IMG/VR virus record: IMGVR_UViG_2892966740_000006
Span: 22,938 to 86,937 of that record
Direction: 5' to 3' (one strand)
DNA length: 64,000 nucleotides
From: a virus
Taxonomy: Duplodnaviria > Caudoviricetes
The first letter of the stretch is position 1. Each line of letters opens with the position of its first letter. Positions 30,003 to 40,365 of this stretch are shown here, one piece after another. Both the position numbers and the translations under genes were made by a program. The notes under the pieces were generated by a model. The model saw only the letters and a program-made list of their open reading frames with translations. It ran no database searches and was not told where the DNA came from.

Positions 30003-30854
30003 TTACTTCATATACTTAGCAATAACATCATGTTTTACTTTAAAATAAGAAAACCCAGACTTTAGCGTGATGCAACATTCATCACCACCCACATGTAAAT
30101 CTGCAATTTTGTATCTACCCTCCGGAATATATCCATGATCCGCGCCATTATAAAATGGTTCATGCATCACCATATCTTTAGGTATCTCAACAAACCCTTT
30201 ATCGATCCATCTATCGTACAGCCATGTAAAGTCTGCAAAAATCCTATTATTTGGTGGATTTGTTATATTTCTTCGCTGGATTATGAACGGTTCAGAAATA
30301 TCATAAACGCCAATTAGTATGCTTCTCAAGCTGCTCTTCATTAGCATCTCATCCAAGTCACCGTTTTTAATTCCGATAGCAATAAATTCCAAATAATTAA
30401 GTATATAGCGTACGGCTGCGACTTTCTCTTTATCATTAGTGTCTTCGCTAGCAATTAGCTCCAGTGACATCTTTCTTGTTTTACCGGATGCAGTCATGAA
30501 GCATTTATTAAGCATTTCAACATTTTCCATATACTTTGCTGACAATCTAGTCTGTAGCAATGTATTTATAGTATGTTGCTTAATTGAATTTCTAATAGTA
30601 ACCATGGAGCTTGTAATCCAACCTGCGACCGCCGCATATGCCGCAGTTAGAGTTACCCATGACTGTGCATTAAACTCTGATGAAGTAAGTGGAAATGTCT
30701 TTGGAAGTAAAAAGTGCCAAGCAGCAAAAATAAAATACGCACATGAGACAAAAATAAGCAAAAGACCCAGCGCTCGGCTGGGTCTTGTGAAAGTCTTTAC
30801 AGTATTGAAGTTAATCAATTTATACAGCCTTTGCTCCGAGGCCTTCACCTTCAT
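30003..30854 (-). CDS. DUF4760-like membrane protein
   Basis: Two TM helices; KQHTINTLL; ILNYLEFIAIGIKNGDLDE; low GC. Confidence 0.8.
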   Translation of the reverse strand: MKVKASEQRLYKLINFNTVKTFTRPSRALGLLLIFVSCAYFIFAAWHFLLPKTFPLTSSEFNAQSWVTLTAAYAAVAGWITSSMVTIRNSIKQHTINTLLQTRLSAKYMENVEMLNKCFMTASGKTRKMSLELIASEDTNDKEKVAAVRYILNYLEFIAIGIKNGDLDEMLMKSSLRSILIGVYDISEPFIIQRRNITNPPNNRIFADFTWLYDRWIDKGFVEIPKDMVMHEPFYNGADHGYIPEGRYKIADLHVGGDECCITLKSGFSYFKVKHDVIAKYMK

Positions 30855-30895
30855 TATATTTTTTCATATTGACATCTCCTGTCTGCGGGTAAAAA

Positions 30896-30971
30896 TTTAA
30901 ATAAAACGACCATGACAAAAATAGCCCTTGCGTCGCAAAGGCTTCTCATGTTCATGGTCGTTTTATTTAAA
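30896..30971. repeat. Perfect 20-bp inverted repeat with inner hairpin
   Basis: TTTAAATAAAACGACCATGA ... TCATGGTCGTTTTATTTAAA. Confidence 0.9.
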
Positions 30972-31025
30972 GATCTTCCTGCTATTTAGGCAGGTTAAAG
31001 TACTTGATTTGTACTTTGTAAGGTA

Positions 31026-31068
31026 ATTCTAGACAGTTCCGCGAGCGCTCACAACCGAGTTATCCACA
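31026..31068 (-). promoter_or_regulatory. Sigma70 promoter with adjacent DnaA box
   Basis: TTGTGA-N17-TAGAAT; TTATCCACA at 31060-31068. Confidence 0.55.
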
Positions 31069-31363
31069 GATTTCATGTTTTTTTCGCACAGTCAAGTGTC
31101 CCACTGAGAGTAAGTAACCTATTTGCGCAATGACCAGCACATGCTGTGCTTGGGGAGCGATGTTCTCATTGAAGGTGCTGAGAAATCAACACCTTCTTCT
31201 AGATGTTGCGGCCACTTCATGCCTTTGTGACAGAGTGGCAACAGGTTGGCGATGCTACTAGGGTTGCCATTCCATCTTCGGGAACTCTCTGCTCGTAACC
31301 ATTCCTGCATAGCCTGACATCACGCACTAGTGCTTGCAACCCAAGAAAACATGAATCTATACC

Positions 31364-31652
31364 TCAATACCACACCGCCACACCACCATGGTGCGAGCAA
31401 GTCCCCCGCCGATGGGCGCTGAACGAATACGACCCATCACCACACTTGGCCGACGCGCTTACCGGTTTGGAGGCCAAGTGCACCGGGCGATGAATCTGCC
31501 GACCATCGACGTTGGTGTAGGTATCGCCATCCGTGACAATGTTCGTTGTACCGGTGACGTGGTGCTTGTGGTGATGCGGCACCCTCGCCTTGGGCTGGTG
31601 CGGCGACAAGCGCCAGTGCAGCAATGGCGGAAATCAGTAGTTTCTTAAACAT
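31364..31652 (-). CDS. DUF3761-like secreted protein (frameshifted)
   Basis: Signal peptide; CGDGSYSFSAHRRGTCSHHGGV. Confidence 0.8.
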
Positions 31653-31758
31653 TTCGTTCCCTTTGCATGTTCAGCGTTTTGACATGTGACATTGGCATGT
31701 CCTCATGCGGTTGCAAAGAATCCCGCTTGCGCGGGACTCTGGTGTGGCGGCTATCGTC

Positions 31759-32461
31759 CTAGATATTGAAGCTAACGGATACCACCAACCCAACGACATG
31801 CAGCGTATCCGGATCATCTGGCTTAGCGTTGATTTCCCGGTAGAGCTTTTCATTGTCCGAGTGAATTGTCACCGAACCATCCATCTGCTTATAAAGCCGT
31901 TTCACGTAGCATTCGTTGCCCCGGCAGATAACGTGGACCTTCCCATTCGCTATCTCCTGTTGCCGGTGAACAATCAGGCTTGCCCCGTTCGGTATGGTCG
32001 GCTCCATAGAATCGCCCGACGCAACAATACTGAACAGGCTTTCTTTCTTGTAGCCGTGACGCTTCGCCCAGAGCCGTTCGGCAATAGTTAGGGTCGCCCT
32101 TGGTATCAACCTCAAGGATGGGCGTTCCATGGCCAGCTGACGCCTTGAGCGTGTAGCGAGGAACGGAAATTACGGCATCGCCAGCTTCATCTTCCGCGTC
32201 CAGCAACACAACAGGCCGCATTGGCGTGTTGACTGGCAAGCCGAGGTCAATGACCTCCTTCTGGCCTTCTCCAGTTTTCAGCCACTCAGGATTTACCCCA
32301 AGCACCTTAGATAGCTCCAAGGTGAAACGCGACTCGCCGGATCTGTTCTCGATGTTACCGATCGTGGAGGCATGTTTCGCCCCGATTGCCTTGGCAAGCC
32401 CAGCTTGAGTAAGCCCTAGCTCCTCGCGCCGCTCCCTAACTCTATCGCCGTATGTCTTCAT
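31759..32461 (-). CDS. cI: CI repressor, HTH plus S24 (frameshifted)
   Basis: RREELGLTQAGLA, VNPEWL, ASGDSMEPTI, VKRL. Confidence 0.9.
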
Positions 32462-32463
32462 GA

Positions 32464-32536
32464 ACACAATCGTATCTGCAAGTTCTATCACATGCGTGTC
32501 AATATCCTTGCCTTCAAATACACAATCGTGTTTAAT
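32464..32536. promoter_or_regulatory. oR with three operators and pR
   Basis: ACACAATCGTAT, TCACATGCGTGT, ACACAATCGTGT; TTGCCT-N17-TTTAAT. Confidence 0.75.
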
Positions 32537-32543
32537 CTGTGTC

Positions 32544-32738
32544 ATGGACTGGATCAACGTTATCTCCTCTCTCAAGGCAGCAGGACTCTCGCTTGAAGAA
32601 ATAGCTAAAGAGGTCGACTGCTCTGTTTCTCTACTTCGGGCGCTATCTCGTAAAGCGCGAGGAAAGCGGCTCTCTTACGACGTCGGTCGGAAGCTTGAGT
32701 ATCTGTATGAGAAATACCGACAGCCTGACGCTGCCTAA
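32544..32738 (+). CDS. cro: Cro-like HTH protein
   Basis: GLSLEEIAKEVDCS; divergent from cI. Confidence 0.8.
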   Translation: MDWINVISSLKAAGLSLEEIAKEVDCSVSLLRALSRKARGKRLSYDVGRKLEYLYEKYRQPDAA

Positions 32739-32769
32739 TCCAACCAACCAACTGATAAGGAGGCTCCCC

Positions 32770-32973
32770 ATGCGCAAGCGTGACCCTCTGGTGATGGAAG
32801 CAAAAAGCCGCTTAACGGAGGCGGAGTACGAAGACCTTCAGGTTGCTGCCGACATGGAAACCGGCGGGAACATTGCGGCATATCTTCGTAAAACCATCCG
32901 CGAAAAGCTGTACGGCCAACTGGGTTCAAGCGTACGCGATACCCCGAAGGCAGGCAGTCCCGTAGCGGCCTGA
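32770..32973 (+). CDS. CII-position small regulator
   Basis: RBS GGAGG; RHH-like pattern. Confidence 0.55.
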   Translation: MRKRDPLVMEAKSRLTEAEYEDLQVAADMETGGNIAAYLRKTIREKLYGQLGSSVRDTPKAGSPVAA

Positions 32974-33266
32974 AACGTCCCTACTTCTGGCAGAAAAATG
33001 AGTGATGACCATGTTGAAACACGACTGCTTGTTCCGGCTGATATAGCCGCACAAGTGGAAATCGCCCGGTCAAGGGATGGGAAACCATTGAATGACTACT
33101 GGGTTGAGACGATGGACCGCCGACTCAATGGAGTTCTCGCGGCTTATCGGAAAGAAAAGCGGGATGAGCAGGGCTGAAAAGGCCCTAGTTCTGTTTTTGC
33201 AAAAGAAAACCCCACCGTCAACGGCCGGCCGGGCCTCGGGTGGGGTTCTCAGATACAGAGGTAAGT

Positions 33267-33458
33267 ATGGCCGAATCATTCAACATAGACAAGCACAGCC
33301 GCCGTGTTTATTGGCTATGCAAGCGCATGGAGTCAGCCCGGAACCGTGGGCGTATTACTCGTGCCCGTGCGTGCTGCCTAGCCTTGCAGCGCGAGATTGA
33401 CCGCCGCCCAGCGTGGTTTATCGCGCAGCTTGAGCAAGACAGGGGGCTGGCATCATGA
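33267..33458 (+). CDS. Hypothetical protein
   Basis: RBS GAGG; overlaps O start. Confidence 0.55.
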   Translation: MAESFNIDKHSRRVYWLCKRMESARNRGRITRARACCLALQREIDRRPAWFIAQLEQDRGLAS

Positions 33459-34303
33459 GCGCCGCAGAGAAGATCATCAGCCTGGCAGAGCGCCGTGCAG
33501 CCATTGCCCCGGTCGAAGGGAAGAAGCGCATGCAGGACGGTTTCACCGCTATTCCGAATGACGTGGAGGACGCACTGCTTCGCTCCCCGCTGACGCATCG
33601 CCAAGAGCGTGTATTCCGCGCCATCCTGCGCAAGACGCTTGGCTTCAACAAGACCGAAGATTGCATTGCCACCACACAGATTTCAGAGCTAACTGGAATT
33701 GATGAATCCCCGGTTCGCAAGTGCGTCAATGATCTGGTTGACATGGGATTGGTTGCACGGGGTCGACGCACAAAATTTGGGACGTTCATCACCCCAAATC
33801 TTGATGTTTCATCATGGAATTTCAAACAGGACGAATCGTCCCGTTTACCGTCCCAAACAGGACAAATCGTCCCGAATAAACAGTACGATTTAGCCCCCCA
33901 CAAAAGACAATTACAAAAGACAGTTAAAGAACCTAACGGTTCTTCGTCCTCGGCCAAGCCGAAGACCGACAAAATCGCCTGCCCACATGCACAGCTGATC
34001 GACCTGTATCACGAAGAGCTTCCTACCTGCCGACAAGTCCGTGAGTGGAACGATGCTCGCAAGAGCCTCATGCGTGCCCGCTGGAACGAGAAGCTGGCAG
34101 CTGGCAAGTATCACGACTTGCAGACTGGACTTGCCTACTGGCGCCGGTTCTTTGCCTACGTCAACCAATCCGACTTCCTGACCGGCCGCTCAGAACCGGG
34201 CAATGGCCGCAAGGTGTTTGTTGCTGACCTTGAGTGGATCATCCGTCCGACCAACTTCGCCAAGATCGTTGAGGGCAAGTATCACGAGGAGGCTGGCGAA
34301 TGA
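33455..34303 (+). CDS. Replication initiator (lambda O-like)
   Basis: DGFTAIPND...ILRKTLGFNK...ADLEWII..NFAKIVEGKY. Confidence 0.9.
   Translation: MSAAEKIISLAERRAAIAPVEGKKRMQDGFTAIPNDVEDALLRSPLTHRQERVFRAILRKTLGFNKTEDCIATTQISELTGIDESPVRKCVNDLVDMGLVARGRRTKFGTFITPNLDVSSWNFKQDESSRLPSQTGQIVPNKQYDLAPHKRQLQKTVKEPNGSSSSAKPKTDKIACPHAQLIDLYHEELPTCRQVREWNDARKSLMRARWNEKLAAGKYHDLQTGLAYWRRFFAYVNQSDFLTGRSEPGNGRKVFVADLEWIIRPTNFAKIVEGKYHEEAGE
33823..33897 (+). repeat. Replication origin iterons inside O
   Basis: CAAACAGGACRAATCGTCCCG twice plus a degenerate third copy, then A-rich tract. Confidence 0.75.
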
Positions 34304-35676
34304 TCCCCCTGCACAGCCATGAATCTGAGCAGTCCGTCATCGGCGCGATGCTGATCGACCCTCGCCGCTTGGATGACGTACTGGACGTGATCTCCTCTTC
34401 CGACTTCTACGACCCGAGCCACCGAACGATTTTCGGCGCCATTGAGGCCGTCCACCTGAACAAAATGCCGGTGGATGTGGTGACGGTTGGCGAGCAGCTG
34501 GAAACGCGCGGCGAGCTGGAGGCGGCTGGCGGATATGGCTACATGGCCGATCTGGCAAAAAACATCCCGTCGGCAGCCAACGTCATGCGCTACGTGAAGA
34601 TCGTCAACGAGCGCTCCCTGCGCCGCCGCCCTGGTGAACCTTGGCGAGCAGCTGACGGTTTCCGCGACCGAAGTCGAGGACGTCGAGGAGCTGATCGAAT
34701 CCAGCATCAAGGCGATTGAGCAGGCCCAACCGGAGTGTAGCGAGGACGATCTGGCCACCGGCTCCGACCTGTGTGCAGAGGCCCTGCAATTTGTCACGGA
34801 ACGCTTCGAGAACAAGGGTTCGATTGGCGGCGTGCCAACTGGATTCATCGACGTGGACAAGCGCCTGCTTGGCATGAAGCCGGGTGACCTGATCATCGTT
34901 GCTTAAGCCGCCCCGGCATGGGTAAGACCGTGTACGGCCTGAACATCGCCAACCACGTTGCCGACCACTCCGGCCCGGTGCTGTTCGTTTCGCTGGAGAT
35001 GTCCAAGCTGCAACTTGGCCTTCGCCAGCAGGCCAACTTCGGCGGCATCAGCATGACGGCCTTGCAAGAAGGCAATCTTGACGCGGAGGACTTTAACTTC
35101 CGCCTGCCAAATGCCGTTCGCCGGGCCACGGAATCCCGCCTGTATTGCGACTTCCGCTCTGGCCAGACCGCCGCGCAAATCCGTGCCAAAGCCAAGGCCG
35201 TGAAGCGCAAACACGGTCTGTCCATGATCGTGATCGACTACCTCGGCAAGATGACCGCGCCCCGGGCAGAAAACCGCACGAACGAGGTACGGATGATGGT
35301 TTCCGCACTCAAAGACATGGCGAAAGACCTGCAAGTGCCCGTCATGGCGCTGGCCCAACTATCCCGCAAGGTTGAGGACCGACCCAACAAGCGCCCGATG
35401 ATGTCCGACCTGCGCGACTCCGGCGACATCGAGCAAGAGGCCGACGTCATCCAGTTCCTATACCGGGACGAGTATTACGACCACGACAGCCCACACCGCG
35501 GATACGTGGAGGTCATTACGGCAAAGCAGCGCATGGGTGAGCCAGGCACCGATTTTCTGGTGTTCCAAGGACAGTACAGCCGCATGAGCAACGCCGACAT
35601 GCGGGAGGTTCACCGAATGGATGCTGTCGCCTCGGCCAAGCCATACAGCAAGAAAACACGGGGGTTTGACGCATGA
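34300..35676 (+). CDS. DnaB-like helicase (three fragments)
   Basis: EQSVIGA, Walker A (AG)RPGMGKT broken by GCTTAAGC, VIDYL, SDLRDSGDIEQEAD. Confidence 0.92.
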
Positions 35677-36119
35677 CCGACACATTCGCTATCCCGAATC
35701 CCAACAGCCTGCGCCCCGTCATGCTCCGCGTATGGGAGGCCGTCAATGCCGAGGTCAAAGGCGAGCAAGAAGCCGTGCAGGTGGTCATCAAAAAGATGAG
35801 CAAGCGCAGTGCCGAGGCAAACGCCCTGATGTGGGTACGCCTGCATGAGCTGGCCGCACAGACCGACTGGCACGGCATCAAGCTGTCCCCGGATGAGTTC
35901 AAAGACCTGCTATCGGCCGGACTGGTGAAATCCAAGGTGGTGCCGAACATCGACGGCACCGGTTTCGTGATCGTCGGCCAGCGCACCAGCAAATTCACCG
36001 TTGCTCAGATGAACGACATGATTACGCTGATCGAGGCATTCGGCAGCGAGCGCGGGGTTCGGTTCAGTGCTGATCCGCGCATTGTTCCGAAAGCCAAGAA
36101 GCAACAGACCATCCGGTAA
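35673..36119 (+). CDS. ninB: NinB/Orf recombination protein
   Basis: KRSAEANALMW...GQRTSKF...IEAFG. Confidence 0.85.
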   Translation: MTDTFAIPNPNSLRPVMLRVWEAVNAEVKGEQEAVQVVIKKMSKRSAEANALMWVRLHELAAQTDWHGIKLSPDEFKDLLSAGLVKSKVVPNIDGTGFVIVGQRTSKFTVAQMNDMITLIEAFGSERGVRFSADPRIVPKAKKQQTIR

Positions 36120-36153
36120 GCGTAACCGTGGAAGGCGAATATGAGGTGGCAGC

Positions 36154-36841
36154 ATGAACGGCGTTGCTATCTTCCTCTGCGACATCACTGGGATTGCCGG
36201 TGAGCCGTGGCTCGCTGCTGGGTACGACATTGTGCTGGTTGACCCACAGCACACCCGATACATGGTGGAACGTACCACATCCGGCGCAACCGTCGAGCGT
36301 ATCCCGCTGACGATCCTGCAAGCAGCGCAGCGCCTGGGTGAGATCGTACGCGGTCGGCATGTCGTTTTTGTCGCAGGTTTCCCTCCATGCACTGACGTAG
36401 CGGTATCTGGTGCCCGCTGGTTCGAGGACAAGCGAAAGGCTGATCCACATTTCCAGGCCAAGGCAGCACTGGTGGCCGAGCAGTGCCGCATGGTTGGCGA
36501 GCTTTCCGGAGCGCCTTGGTTATTCGAGAACCCAGTTTCTGTGCTCTCCAGCATCTTCGGAAAGCCGGATCACACCTTCCACCCATGGCACTTCACCTCG
36601 CTGGAGCCTGACGACAACTACACCAAGCAGACGTGCCTATGGGTCGGTGGCGGGTTCGTTATGCCTGACGCCTGCCCTGATGCCTCGCTGGGCGAACCGG
36701 ATAACCGGATCCACGCCTGCCCTCCCTGGTGATGACCGGGCGAACATCCGCAGCGCTACGCCTCGTGGATTCTCGATAGCCGTCTTCATGGCTAACGCTC
36801 CGCACCTGAAACGCCAGCCGAATCTGTGGGAGGCGGCATGA
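36154..36841 (+). CDS. C5-cytosine methyltransferase-like protein (frameshift at CCCTGG)
   Basis: FPPCTDVAVSGARWF, ENPV, RSATPRGF. Confidence 0.8.
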
Positions 36842-37248
36842 GCAGCAAAACCACCCGCAGCGCCAAGACCGTGCCACGCCCCTACTCCGGCCCGTCTTTT
36901 CAAGATGTGGCGACAGCTGATTTCAAGAAGCCAGATCGCATCGAATCAGCTGCAATCCGCGCCAGTGCTAGAGGTGAGGACTGCACTTTCCAGATCGTTG
37001 GCGTCTGCAATCAACAAACAGACACGACCGTGCTCTGTCATCTACCTGACGAAAGCCATGGCATGAGCCGCAAGGCTGACGACCTCAGCAGCGCCTACGG
37101 CTGCTCTGCCTGCCATGACGTGATCGATGGCCGTGTGAAGCATGACTGGCAGCCTGGCGAAAAGGACTTCTACATGCGGCGTGCGCAGAACAGGACGTGG
37201 CGACGGCTGCGCGAAAAGGGACTGCTGATCATAAAGGGTGCCGCATGA
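36838..37248 (+). CDS. DUF1364 (YbcO-like) nuclease
   Basis: SARGEDC...TVLCHL...GCSACHDVIDGR. Confidence 0.85.
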   Translation: MSSKTTRSAKTVPRPYSGPSFQDVATADFKKPDRIESAAIRASARGEDCTFQIVGVCNQQTDTTVLCHLPDESHGMSRKADDLSSAYGCSACHDVIDGRVKHDWQPGEKDFYMRRAQNRTWRRLREKGLLIIKGAA

Positions 37249-37424
37249 CATGGACAAAGGTTAGCGCCCTCTGCATCGCATCCGGCCCGTGGCGCATCTT
37301 CCGGTACAACCGCGCCGATCCCGAGTATTTCGAACTGTGGCGTGGCGATGAATTCACTGGGCGATACGAGACAAGCGCCAAGGCAAAAGAAGCGGCGGAA
37401 ATGTTATGGGACGAAGCGGCGTGA
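37245..37424 (+). CDS. Hypothetical protein
   Basis: ORF tiled in operon. Confidence 0.55.
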   Translation: MTWTKVSALCIASGPWRIFRYNRADPEYFELWRGDEFTGRYETSAKAKEAAEMLWDEAA

Positions 37425-37768
37425 TGCAGAAAAATTTACTGGCCTTGGGCCGACTCAAAACTGGCGTCATGAACAAAACCGAGGCCGCCTACGCCGCGCA
37501 CCTTGAACAACGCCAGCACGCTGGCGAGGTAGCCTGGTTCAAGTTCGAGGGCCTGAAGTTCCGGTTGGCCGACAACACGTTCTACATGCCCGACTTCGCC
37601 GTAATGCTTGCCACCGGTGAGATGGAGGCCCACGAGGTAAAAGGCCACTGGATGGATGACGCACGGGCAAAGATCAAGATCGCCGCCGACATGTACCCGT
37701 TCCGCTTCATCGCCGTGAAGGTACAGCCAAAGAAGGCTGGCGGCGGCTGGGCAATCGAAGAGTTTTGA
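37424..37768 (+). CDS. DUF1064-like PD-(D/E)xK nuclease
   Basis: MNKTEAAY...FYMPDF...HEVKG. Confidence 0.8.
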   Translation: MQKNLLALGRLKTGVMNKTEAAYAAHLEQRQHAGEVAWFKFEGLKFRLADNTFYMPDFAVMLATGEMEAHEVKGHWMDDARAKIKIAADMYPFRFIAVKVQPKKAGGGWAIEEF

Positions 37769-37801
37769 AATCTGGCAGGTAGAAGCAACAAGGGGAATTG
37801 A

Positions 37802-38317
37802 ATGACGGATTTGGGTTTGGTGAGATACATGCGACTGATGGACATTCCTCTGGAAGCACTGGAAGCACTGGAAAACTGGGGGCGCTGGCAGCGTCAGCGT
37901 GAGGGCCGCAATCGCTCACCCGGGCTTGAGGGGAAATTCCGCTCCAATCGCTGCCCTGCCTGCTACGAGCATGACGACCCATGCGAGGACTGCCAGCGTA
38001 ATGCTCCGCACGGCCAGCAGATCGACATGGCGCTGGCGCTTGCTGTGGAGCGAGCTATCACGCGCGGCGCGTTCACACTGGCCAAGGTGTTTCTGTATAG
38101 CGGTACCGGGAAAGGCCGAATCGCCGAGCAGTGCTATTGCAAAGAGCAGGCCATCTTGCTGGCGCACTTCCGTGGCATCCGGGTATCACAGCACGGATAC
38201 GCGAGCAGTAACCCAAAGGCCACCTGCCGGGCATTCGGCATTCAGATTGACGAGTACGACCGGCACGTGGCTAATCTCGTGCGCATGGTCTGGAACAGAA
38301 TGAAAGCAACCCGTTGA
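37802..38317 (+). CDS. Q-like antiterminator
   Basis: LENWGRW; last gene before late region; TTGACA and terminator follow. Confidence 0.65.
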   Translation: MTDLGLVRYMRLMDIPLEALEALENWGRWQRQREGRNRSPGLEGKFRSNRCPACYEHDDPCEDCQRNAPHGQQIDMALALAVERAITRGAFTLAKVFLYSGTGKGRIAEQCYCKEQAILLAHFRGIRVSQHGYASSNPKATCRAFGIQIDEYDRHVANLVRMVWNRMKATR

Positions 38318-38481
38318 CATTGACAAGATCATGCTTCAAACTGTCTTTGACAGTTTGCCTACCTCAGAGCATCGAGTGATCTTCCAGCCGAATGGCTGGA
38401 TTGTCATGCCTGAAAGAATCAGACATAAGCCCCACGTTTCGACGCGGGGCTTTGTCGTTTATGACAGCAATACCAACTTGG

Positions 38482-38762
38482 TCACCCCACTCTGGCAATC
38501 TTGCTTGTGATCAAAAATTCAGATACATCCTGATTATTGGTGGCCCTGATCAGCTTTTCGGCTACTTGTTGAATCTGATGGGAATTGTTTTCGTAACAAT
38601 CTACCGCTGCCGCTTCGCCTCCGGGCTAAGCTTATAAACATCCTGAAGAGCTTCAGTTGAGATAAACACCAACTTCGTGGATCCATCCACAATGGCCTGA
38701 AAGCTGACACACATTCTTGTTCCGTTGAAACCATGCTTTCCAGCTGGGAAAGTAATATTCAT
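38482..38762 (-). CDS. DUF1488-like protein (frameshifted; not in ORF track)
   Basis: RBS GAGGT; MNITFP...VSFQAIVDG...ISTEALQD...IQQVAEKLI. Confidence 0.65.
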
Positions 38763-39163
38763 AAAACTTACCTCTTTTCAGTTGTAAATGTATTAGATGT
38801 CGTGGCTTTTTCGATAAATACAAGCCAATTAATGCTATAGGGGTAATCCATGCACATGGAACACGCCAAGCCGGTACTCGACGCCTGCCACCTGCACGAA
38901 GGCCAGCATGTACTGATGGCATCAGGCCGAGCCGCACGTGTGGCTGACGTAGGCCAGCACGCCATACGCTTCGAGTACCGGAACAGCGCGGGCCGGATGA
39001 CTACATCGTGCTGCCACGTCACCGGGTGCCTGAGATGGTGCGGGTTTAGGCTATTCCGAAGGTACAACACTGCATCTAATCGCCTCGCTTATGCGGGGCG
39101 TTTCTGTTTTTGGCCTCGCTATTTTCTGCGGGGCTTTTTTACGTCCATCCCATTGGAGAAACT

Positions 39164-39682
39164 ATGGACAATTTGATGGAGCTTTCATTCGAGAATCAAC
39201 CGCTGCAACTGATTGAGCACGACGGACGGCTGTGGCTGAAGTCTGCTGATATTGCTCGCGCGCTGGGTTATGCGCGATCCGATCGAATGGGGCGTGTTTA
39301 CGATCGACACCAGGCGGAATTCTCCGCGTCGATGACCACGATTTTACGGACCCCCAGTTTGGGACGTGGATCGCCGCCTTTGGAAGAGCGCCTGTTCAGC
39401 CTGCGCGGCGCCCACCTGCTCGGCATGTTCGCCCGTACTGCAAAGGGTGTGGCTTTCCGCCGCTGGGTACTCGACCAGCTTGAAAGCATCGAGGCACAGA
39501 ACAAGGCCAACCGATCGCTGATGGCAGAATGGTATGAAGCCAAAGCAGAACTCGATAACCAGCAGCGATTCGCCAGCCTATGCGGAAAAGGATTGAATGA
39601 CCACAGGCGGCGAAAGCCAACACTAACTCAGCGTGTGATGCAGATTGCTGACCGCATACAGCCTTCACTGCTACTCACCTAA
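39164..39682 (+). CDS. BRO-N antirepressor-like protein
   Basis: WLKSADIARALGY...RLFSLRGAHLLGMFART...FRRWV. Confidence 0.85.
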   Translation: MDNLMELSFENQPLQLIEHDGRLWLKSADIARALGYARSDRMGRVYDRHQAEFSASMTTILRTPSLGRGSPPLEERLFSLRGAHLLGMFARTAKGVAFRRWVLDQLESIEAQNKANRSLMAEWYEAKAELDNQQRFASLCGKGLNDHRRRKPTLTQRVMQIADRIQPSLLLT

Positions 39683-39804
39683 CCCGGCCAAGCGCCGGGT
39701 TTTTTGTTTCGCACGGTTGCTGGCCACGGCCAAGCGTAGAACCACACGGTAAGCCGTGCACCCCTATCATTTTTGCGAAATTAACCCCATGAAGAGGTGC
39801 ATCC

Positions 39805-40365
39805 ATGCCGAAATGCGGGGCATCAACCCGCAAAGGCGGGAAGTGCCAACGCGAGGCGCTGCACGGCAAGCGCCGATGCGCCTTGCATGGCGGTAAAAGC
39901 ACTGGACCTGTAGGACATAAGAACGCCGCCAAGCCGGGCAGCCTCTACAGCACCTACATGACGCCAGAAGAGCAAGAGATAGCCAGCCAGCTGGAGCTTG
40001 GCCGCGTCGATGAAGAGCTACGGCTCACCCGGATACGGCTGATGCGTGCACTGAAGCTGGAGCAAGAGCGCGGCGGCACGGCGGAACTGGACGAGCGCAT
40101 CGAGCGCGATGGTGCTGAAAACGTCTCGGCGCGAATGGAAGAGAAGTACAAGGTCCGCGACTACGCCGGGATGATCGACAGACTGACGGCGCGGATTGAG
40201 TCGCTGGAGGCACGTCGGGCATATCTGATGGGGCAGGAGCAAGAACGCCGAATGCGCGAGCTTGATCTTGCCGAGAAGGAGCGAGCTGCGTCCGGGTTGA
40301 TGGGTGGCGTGGACTTTACGGTACGCCGAGCTGGCGAGGAGTTGGGCGATGCGCCGTCAAATTGA
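39805..40365 (+). CDS. Terminase small subunit (HGGxSTG)
   Basis: CGASTRKG...RCALHGGKSTGP. Confidence 0.85.
   Translation: MPKCGASTRKGGKCQREALHGKRRCALHGGKSTGPVGHKNAAKPGSLYSTYMTPEEQEIASQLELGRVDEELRLTRIRLMRALKLEQERGGTAELDERIERDGAENVSARMEEKYKVRDYAGMIDRLTARIESLEARRAYLMGQEQERRMRELDLAEKERAASGLMGGVDFTVRRAGEELGDAPSN

Noticed and set aside
31040-31054. lac-operator-like GAGCGCTCACAA
   Set aside because: Partial match that coincides with the -35 box; no LacI-type context.
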